Positions 56,192 through 61,743 of a stretch of DNA of 61,743 nt are shown one piece after another; within the stretch, counting starts at the first letter, position 1; each line of letters begins with the position of its first letter. Both the position numbers and the translations under genes were made by a program. The notes beneath the pieces were generated by a model. It was not told the DNA's origin, did not search any database, and worked only from the letters and a program-made list of their open reading frames with translations. This DNA comes from an uncultured Iamiaceae bacterium (GTDB lineage Bacteria > Actinomycetota > Acidimicrobiia > Acidimicrobiales > SKKL01), in contig CAZAVX010000002.1 of NCBI GenBank assembly GCA_964488835.1, positions 56,243 through 117,985 of the forward strand, given 5' to 3'.

Positions 56192-57193
56192 ATGGCACGT
56201 CGAGGAGGGGGCATCGTCCGCATCGGGTTGCTCGGGGCGTCACGCATCGCACCGGCAGCGGTCGTCGAGCCCGCCCGCACCTGCGAGCGGGCCGAGGTCA
56301 CTGCCGTCGCCGCCCGCGACCCCCGCCGGGCCGCCACCTTCGCCGACCAGCACCGCATCCCCCACGTCGTCGACACCTACGCCGACCTGATCGCCTCCGA
56401 CCTCGTCGACGCGATCTACGTCGGGCTGCCCCCATCGGCCCACGCCCCCTGGACGATCGCCGCACTCGAAGCCGGCACGCACGTGCTCTGCGAGAAGCCC
56501 TTCTCGTGCACGACCGAGGAGGCCGTGGCCATGGTCGCCGCCGCCGAGCGCACCGGGCTCGTCCTCTGCGAGGCGTACCACTGGCGGTACCACCCTCTCG
56601 CCGACCGCCTCCACCAGCTCCTCCACGTCGAGCGCCGACTCGGCCGCCTCCGCCACGTCGAGGCCGCCTTCGATGCCCCGATCCCCGACCTCACCGACAT
56701 CCGCCACGACCCACGCCTCGGCGGCGGCGCCCTCATGGACCTCGGCTGCTACCCCGTGCAGTGGGCCCGCTTCGTCGCTGGGGCCGAGCCCGAGGTCGAG
56801 CGAGCTCGCGCCGTCGAGGGCCAGCCGGGCATCGACGTCTCGATGGAGGTCGAGCTCCGCTTCCCCGACGACCTCACCGCCCTCGTCACCACGTCGATGG
56901 ACCCCGACGTCGAGGTCCGGGCGGTCCTGCGGGTCGAGGGCGAGGCCGGCACGCTCACCGTCGTCAATCCACTCGCCCCGCACCTCGGCCACCGGCTCGT
57001 CCTCGAGGCCGACGACGGGTCGACGACCGAGACCGTCGACGGCGGCACCACCTACGACCACCAGCTGCAGGCCTTCACGGCGGCGATCCTCGACGGCGCG
57101 CCCCTCCCCACGGGTGGCGCGGATGCCGTCGCCACGATGGCGGTCCTCGAGGCGTGCTACGCCGCGGCCGGCCTCCCCCGTCGCGGCGCCTGA
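56192..57193 (+). CDS. Gfo/Idh/MocA-family NAD(P)-dependent oxidoreductase
   Basis: ATG at 56192 preceded by AAGGGAGG. N-terminal Rossmann segment VRIGLLGASRIA. EKP motif (VLCEKPFS). 333 aa. Confidence 0.85.
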   Translation: MARRGGGIVRIGLLGASRIAPAAVVEPARTCERAEVTAVAARDPRRAATFADQHRIPHVVDTYADLIASDLVDAIYVGLPPSAHAPWTIAALEAGTHVLCEKPFSCTTEEAVAMVAAAERTGLVLCEAYHWRYHPLADRLHQLLHVERRLGRLRHVEAAFDAPIPDLTDIRHDPRLGGGALMDLGCYPVQWARFVAGAEPEVERARAVEGQPGIDVSMEVELRFPDDLTALVTTSMDPDVEVRAVLRVEGEAGTLTVVNPLAPHLGHRLVLEADDGSTTETVDGGTTYDHQLQAFTAAILDGAPLPTGGADAVATMAVLEACYAAAGLPRRGA

Positions 57194-57296
57194 GCAGCGA
57201 CGACGAGCTCGTGCACGCGGGTCGCCACGCCCTCGGCCTCGCCGACGACGAGGTGTGAGCGCACCAGGGCCCGAGGTCGGACAGCTCGTCGGCCGC

Positions 57297-57698
57297 TCAC
57301 TCCTCGCCGTCGAGATACCCGTCCCCGTACCCGCCCATCGCGGGATCGCTGGTGGGGTTCACCGCCGCCTCCTCGGCGGAGAGGTCGTCGTCGGTGCCAC
57401 CACCGAGGCTGGCGACGGCCTCGGCCTCTTCGTCGACGAGGTGCTCGATACCGTCCTCGGCGCCGGGCTCCACGAGGCGCATGCCCTCCTGGACGTCGGC
57501 CTCGTCGGCCTCGCGCTCCACGCGCTCTTCGAGAGGTTCGGGTGTGCGCTCCTCTCCCGCCGTCGTGCCGTAGTCGAGCGACGCCACCGGTTCGTCCGGC
57601 GGGTATTCGCCTCCGGCGGTGGGATCGTCGGAATCTCCCGGCATCTTGTCGGCGTCGAGCGCCTCGGCCACGTCCTGGGGATCGCCTGCATCGGTCAT
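57297..57698 (-). CDS. Highly acidic, probably disordered small protein (DUF5709-like by recollection)
   Basis: 133-aa ORF, very rich in D/E. It fits the gap between neighbours in the same orientation as dinB. The family name comes from memory only. Confidence 0.55.
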   Translation of the reverse strand: MTDAGDPQDVAEALDADKMPGDSDDPTAGGEYPPDEPVASLDYGTTAGEERTPEPLEERVEREADEADVQEGMRLVEPGAEDGIEHLVDEEAEAVASLGGGTDDDLSAEEAAVNPTSDPAMGGYGDGYLDGEE

Positions 57699-57766
57699 GG
57701 CGGCGACCTACCCGAGGGCGCCGGCCGCCATGCCCGCCTCCATGCCGGGACGTGCGCGGACCGGCC

Positions 57767-59014
57767 TCACAGCTCGCGCTCGGCGAGCTCGCGGAACCCT
57801 TCCGGCACCACGCGTCCACCCGTCAGCCGGGTGCTCGCGATGCCCACCGCCTCTCTCCCGAAGCGCTTGCGCACCTGGTCGATCGCCCGGTCGACCGCCC
57901 ACCGCGCCGTGCCCGTCGGCGACCCCGGGCTGAGGCGATCGTCGCCGGCGAAGGGCAGTTCGAGCTGCACCATGTCGACCGCGACGAGGTTCGAGACCGA
58001 GATGCCGATGAGGGAGATCTCGGTGTGCTCGGGGTGGTCGGCGAGCGCCTGGTGGACGAGCGCTTCGCCGACCTCGGTGAGGGTGAGCGTGGCGTCGACC
58101 GGCCAGGGGAGGGTGCGCGACCGGGTGATCGACGTGAGGTCGGCGAAGCGGACCCGCACCGTGACCGTGCGGCCCGCCCGGCCCTTCGCCCGCATGCGCC
58201 CGGCGACCCGGTCGGCCAGGTAGTTGACCGTGACCCGCACGAGCTCGCGCGTGGGCGCCTGCCGGCCGAGCGCCGACTGCGCCCCCACCGAACGAGCCCG
58301 AGGCCCGGAGCGCACGCGTCGCGGGTCGACGTTGGCGGCGAGCGAGGCCAGCTTCGAGCCGACGGCCCGTCCGAGCAGCGCCTCGAGGAGTCGGGGCGAC
58401 ACGTCGGCGAGCTGCCCGATGGTGCGCACCCCGAGCCCGTGGAGGCGTTCGCTCGTCTTCGGCCCGACGCCCCACAGCAGCTCGACCGGCAGCGGGGCGA
58501 GGAACTCGTCCTCCCGTGCCGGGTCGACGACGACGAGGCCGTCGGGCTTGGCGACCTGTGACGCCACCTTCGCGAGGTGCTTGGTGGACGCGACCCCGAT
58601 CGAGATCGGCAGCCCGACCTCCTCACGCACCCGGCGCCGCAGCGTGGCGGCGATGTGTGCCGGCGGCCCGAACAGGTGGACCGAGCCGGACACGTCGAGG
58701 AACGCCTCGTCGATCGACACCCGCTCGACGGCCGGCGTGACGCTGCGGAGCACCTCCATCACCTCGTCGCCCAGGCGTTGGTACTCGCCGAAGTGACCAC
58801 CGACGAACCGGATCGACGGGCAGCGAGCCCGAGCCTCGCGCCCCGACATGCCGCCCCTCACCCCGAACGCACGAGCCTCGTAGGAGGCGGCGAGCACGAC
58901 GCCACCGCCCACGGCGATGGGACGCCCGCGCAGGGACGGGTCGAGGAGCTGTTCGACCGAGGCGTAGAACGCGTCGAGGTCGGCGTGGAGGATCGTGGCC
59001 GTGCGGGCCATCAC
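57767..59014 (-). CDS. dinB: DNA polymerase IV (Y-family translesion polymerase)
   Basis: 415 aa. The N-terminal segment ILHADLDAFYASVEQ ... RGRPIAVGG and SIDEAFLDV are canonical Y-family motifs. GTG at 59014 or ATG at 59011. An SOS box lies 10 nt upstream. Confidence 0.9.
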   Translation of the reverse strand: MMARTATILHADLDAFYASVEQLLDPSLRGRPIAVGGGVVLAASYEARAFGVRGGMSGREARARCPSIRFVGGHFGEYQRLGDEVMEVLRSVTPAVERVSIDEAFLDVSGSVHLFGPPAHIAATLRRRVREEVGLPISIGVASTKHLAKVASQVAKPDGLVVVDPAREDEFLAPLPVELLWGVGPKTSERLHGLGVRTIGQLADVSPRLLEALLGRAVGSKLASLAANVDPRRVRSGPRARSVGAQSALGRQAPTRELVRVTVNYLADRVAGRMRAKGRAGRTVTVRVRFADLTSITRSRTLPWPVDATLTLTEVGEALVHQALADHPEHTEISLIGISVSNLVAVDMVQLELPFAGDDRLSPGSPTGTARWAVDRAIDQVRKRFGREAVGIASTRLTGGRVVPEGFRELAEREL

Positions 59015-59023
59015 CCCATGCTA

Positions 59024-59039
59024 TCGAACACGTGTTCGC
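59024..59039 (-). promoter_or_regulatory. LexA-type SOS box upstream of dinB
   Basis: TCGAACACGTGTTCGC matches TCGAAC-N4-GTTCGA in 15 of 16 positions. On the minus strand it is followed by ATAGCAT (TAGCAT -10-like), then by the GTG/ATG start 3-6 nt downstream of that hexamer. Confidence 0.75.
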
Positions 59040-59050
59040 CCCCCTCACAC

Positions 59051-59102
59051 CCGAACTGCGAGTCTGAGCGGGCACCACGCGCCCGTTCGGACTCGGAGAA
59101 TC
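59051..59102. repeat. 52-nt palindromic intergenic repeat element, copy 2
   Basis: Same flanks (CCGAACTG ... GGAGAATC), same length and same CAC loop as 43-94. By hand alignment 44 of 52 positions are identical, with reciprocal compensatory changes in the stem. Confidence 0.75.
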
Positions 59103-59127
59103 GCGAGGAGGCACCCCGGACGCGAAC

Positions 59128-59162
59128 GAGCGGCCGCCACCCCGGAGGATGGACGGCCGCTC
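59128..59162 (-). terminator. Stem-loop downstream of the aldehyde dehydrogenase gene (putative intrinsic terminator without a clear U-tract)
   Basis: GAGCGGCCG (59128-59136) pairs with CGGCCGCTC (59154-59162), giving a 9-bp GC-rich stem about 35 nt after the stop at 59196. No T-run follows, which is common in GC-rich actinobacteria but lowers confidence. Confidence 0.4.
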
Positions 59163-59195
59163 GACGCGACTGCTGTCGAGGGACTCAGCCGGTGA

Positions 59196-60617
59196 TCAGG
59201 CCCAGCCCATGATCGACTTGGTCTCGAGGAACTCCTCGAAGCCCTCGAGGCCCCACTCGCGGCCGTTGCCCGACATCTTGTAGCCGCCGAAGGGGGCGTT
59301 GAAGTCGGGGCCGGCGCCGTTCAGGTGCACGTTGCCGGTGCGGATGCGGCGGGCGACCTCCTTGGCCTGGTCGGCCGGGCCCGAGACGTAGCCCGACAGG
59401 CCGTACTGGTTGTCGTTCGCGATGCGCACGGCGTCGTCGACGTCGTCGTAGCCGATGATGACGAGCACCGGGCCGAAGATCTCCTCACGGGCGATCGTCA
59501 TGTCGTTCGTGACGTGCGAGAAGAGGGTGGGCTTCACGTAGTAGCCGGTCTCGAGGCCCTCGGGCTTGCCCGGACCGCCGACCTGGAGGGTGGCACCCTC
59601 GCCGATGCCCTTCTCGATGAGCCGCTGGATGCGGTCGTACTGGGTCTCGGAGACCACCGGGCCGATGGTGACGCCCTCGGCGTTGGGGTCGCCGACGACG
59701 ACGTTCGACATCGCCTCCTTGGCGATGGCCGCCGCCTCGTCCATGCGGGAATGCGGCACGAGCATGCGGGTGGCCGCGTTGCACGACTGGCCCGAGTTGG
59801 TGCACATGCCACCGGCATCGCGGGCGACGGCGGCGGCGAAGTCGTCGTGGTCGAGGATGATGTTGGCCGACTTGCCGCCGAGCTCCTGGGCGACACGCTT
59901 GACCGTGGGCGCCGCGTTCTTCGCCACTTCGATGCCGGCCCGGGTGGACCCGGTGAACGACATCATGTCGATGTCGGGGTGGGCCGAGAGCGGGGCGCCG
60001 ACGTTGACGCCGTCGCCGTTCACGAGGTTGAACACGCCGGCGGGGACCCCCGCGGCGTGGAGGATCTCGGTGAGGATGACGGCGTTGAGCGGCGCCACCT
60101 CGGACGGCTTCAGCACCATCGTGCAGCCCGCGGCGAGCGCCGGGCCGACCTTGCAGGCGATCTGGTTGAGCGGCCAGTTCCAGGGGGTGATGAGGCCGAC
60201 GACACCGGCGGGCTCACGGGTGACGAGGGTGGAGCCGCGCACCTCGTCGAACTCGTAGCTGTCGAGGATGCCGCGCACCGTCATGAAGTGCATGAGTCCG
60301 GCGGGCACCTGGGCGGCCTTGGCGAGCCACAGCGGCGCGCCCATCTCCGAGCTGATCGCTTCGGCGAGGTCGTCGGCGCGGGCCATGTAGAGCTCGATGA
60401 TCTTGTCGAGGATCGCGAGGCGCTCCTCCTTCGAGGTCTGCGACCAGGAGTCGAAGGCCTCCTTGGCGGCCGCCACCGCAGCATCGACATCGTCGGGCTG
60501 TCCGGCCGCGACGTTGGTGATCACCTGCTCGGTGGCGGGGTTGATCACCGCGATGGTCTCGGAGGACGAGGGGTCGACCCACTGTCCCCCGATGTAGAAC
60601 TGCCCTGCGTGCTGCAT
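59196..60617 (-). CDS. NAD(P)-dependent aldehyde dehydrogenase family protein
   Basis: ORF 59196..60662. I favour the ATG at 60617 (MQHAGQFYIGGQWVD..., a typical ALDH N-terminus) over the GTG at 60662. Motifs FTGSTRAG, ELGGKS and GQSCNAATR. Confidence 0.9.
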   Translation of the reverse strand: MQHAGQFYIGGQWVDPSSSETIAVINPATEQVITNVAAGQPDDVDAAVAAAKEAFDSWSQTSKEERLAILDKIIELYMARADDLAEAISSEMGAPLWLAKAAQVPAGLMHFMTVRGILDSYEFDEVRGSTLVTREPAGVVGLITPWNWPLNQIACKVGPALAAGCTMVLKPSEVAPLNAVILTEILHAAGVPAGVFNLVNGDGVNVGAPLSAHPDIDMMSFTGSTRAGIEVAKNAAPTVKRVAQELGGKSANIILDHDDFAAAVARDAGGMCTNSGQSCNAATRMLVPHSRMDEAAAIAKEAMSNVVVGDPNAEGVTIGPVVSETQYDRIQRLIEKGIGEGATLQVGGPGKPEGLETGYYVKPTLFSHVTNDMTIAREEIFGPVLVIIGYDDVDDAVRIANDNQYGLSGYVSGPADQAKEVARRIRTGNVHLNGAGPDFNAPFGGYKMSGNGREWGLEGFEEFLETKSIMGWA

Positions 60618-60695
60618 GTCTGGCAAACCCCCATGTGCGGTGTGCGCGTCTGTACGGTGCACTCTATTGGTGCTGGCGGGGAATTGCCGAAGCGG

Positions 60696-61733
60696 TCAGC
60701 CGAGTTTCCGGTAGGCGGCGACCACCGGCGCCAGCTCGGCGGGGCTCGCACCGTGCATGATGACCCGATCTGCCCCGAGGTCGAGCTGGCGGGCCACCGC
60801 CGCCGCACACTCCTCGGCGCTGCCGGTCGCCGAGGGAGCGAGCCACTCGTCGGGCAGGAGCGTGGCGATGTGCTCGAGCTGCTCGGTGGTGGCCCGACCG
60901 TCGATCGCCCCGGGGATGCTGCGCACCACCTCGTCGGCACGGAACCGTTCGAGCACCGCGGGGTCCCACCGGTTCGTGCGCACCATCAGGTCGCCGTAGG
61001 CCTGGAGGTAGGTGGCGAGGCGGCCGACCGACTTCTTGAGGCGCACCGGCTCGGGCAGGTGGTCGCCGATGGTGGCGAAGCACGACCACACCCGCACCTC
61101 GGCGGGATCGCGCCCCGCGCGCTCCGCCGCCTCCTTCACCGTGCGGACGCACCGTTGCAGGGTCTCGTCGGTGAAGAACGTGTGGAGGATGACGTCGTCG
61201 AAGAGCCGTCCTCCGAGCTCGAGGCTGTTCGGTCCGAACGCGACGAGCCCGAGCGGGATCGCCTCGTCGAAGCGGGGGTCGAGGCGCAGCACCGGGTAGC
61301 GCCCGACCGGGCCGTCGTGGCCGATCACCGTCTCCCCCGCCCAGAGGCGTCGCACGAGGAGGGCGAAGTCCTCCATCTGGGCGGTGGTGATGCGGGGGAT
61401 GCCGTAGGCGTCGAAGAGCGGAGCGATGCCCCGACCGATCCCGAGGGTGAACCGCCCACCGGTGAGCCGGTGCATGGTGGTGGCGAACGACGCGGTGACG
61501 ATCGGGTGCCGGGTGTTGTGGTTCGTCGCCGCGGTGATGATCCGCAGCCGTTCCGACACCGCCCCCACCGCACCCGAGAGGGCGGCGGCCTCCTTCACGT
61601 CGAAGCGCTCGGAGATGAGCACCGCCCCGAGCCCCATCTCCTCGGCCTGACGCACCTCGGCGATGAGATCGCGGGGCGACTCCGCGGCGCCCGCCAAGGT
61701 GTAGAAGCCCAGCTCGGTCAGCTCGCGGTCCAT
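60696..61733 (-). CDS. Luciferase-like monooxygenase (LLM) class oxidoreductase, probably F420- or flavin-dependent
   Basis: 345 aa. The segment GLGAVLISERF ... TNHNTRHP ... GGRFTLGIGRG is typical of LLM-class oxidoreductases. Confidence 0.8.
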   Translation of the reverse strand: MDRELTELGFYTLAGAAESPRDLIAEVRQAEEMGLGAVLISERFDVKEAAALSGAVGAVSERLRIITAATNHNTRHPIVTASFATTMHRLTGGRFTLGIGRGIAPLFDAYGIPRITTAQMEDFALLVRRLWAGETVIGHDGPVGRYPVLRLDPRFDEAIPLGLVAFGPNSLELGGRLFDDVILHTFFTDETLQRCVRTVKEAAERAGRDPAEVRVWSCFATIGDHLPEPVRLKKSVGRLATYLQAYGDLMVRTNRWDPAVLERFRADEVVRSIPGAIDGRATTEQLEHIATLLPDEWLAPSATGSAEECAAAVARQLDLGADRVIMHGASPAELAPVVAAYRKLG

Positions 61734-61743
61734 GCCGCGGGAC

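Overview
Very GC-rich, actinobacterial-type chromosomal DNA. GC was judged by eye, not computed. The lipobox style (ACGDDD-type lipoproteins) and gene content suggest an Acidimicrobiia-like organism, with low confidence. I support about 52 tightly packed protein-coding genes on both strands. I found no rRNA, tRNA, CRISPR array, transposase or integrase, and no obvious compositional island.

Recognisable modules:
- A type IIA topoisomerase pair in the order A subunit then B subunit, preceded by a perfect LexA-type SOS box.
- A translationally coupled cobamide salvage and nucleotide-loop operon (cbiZ-cobU-cobS-cbiB-cobD and a HAD-cobT fusion), headed by an APH/EcKL-fold kinase.
- A general amino-acid ABC transporter operon.
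- An SbcD/SbcC-like (YhaO/YhaN-like) nuclease and ATPase pair plus a coupled membrane protein.
- NAD salvage genes pncA-pncB.
- A hybrid histidine kinase.
- A YjjI-family glycyl-radical enzyme with its radical-SAM activase.
- SOS-boxed dinB.
- Assorted oxidoreductases, hydrolases and membrane proteins.

Observations most worth follow-up:
- The SOS box in front of the second type IIA topoisomerase and a divergent membrane-protein pair.
- The Rad50/SbcC-like ATPase, whose coiled-coil apex is a double transmembrane hairpin instead of a zinc hook.
- The short glycyl-radical enzyme pair, which sits next to O2-dependent enzymes.
- Two possible non-orthologous replacements in the cobamide pathway: the kinase, and the HAD domain fused to CobT.
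- A 52-nt palindromic repeat present twice with compensatory stem changes.

All family assignments come from motif reading of the supplied translations. No database search was run. The many long Arg/Pro/Gly-rich ORFs antisense to or out of frame with these genes are treated as GC artefacts.
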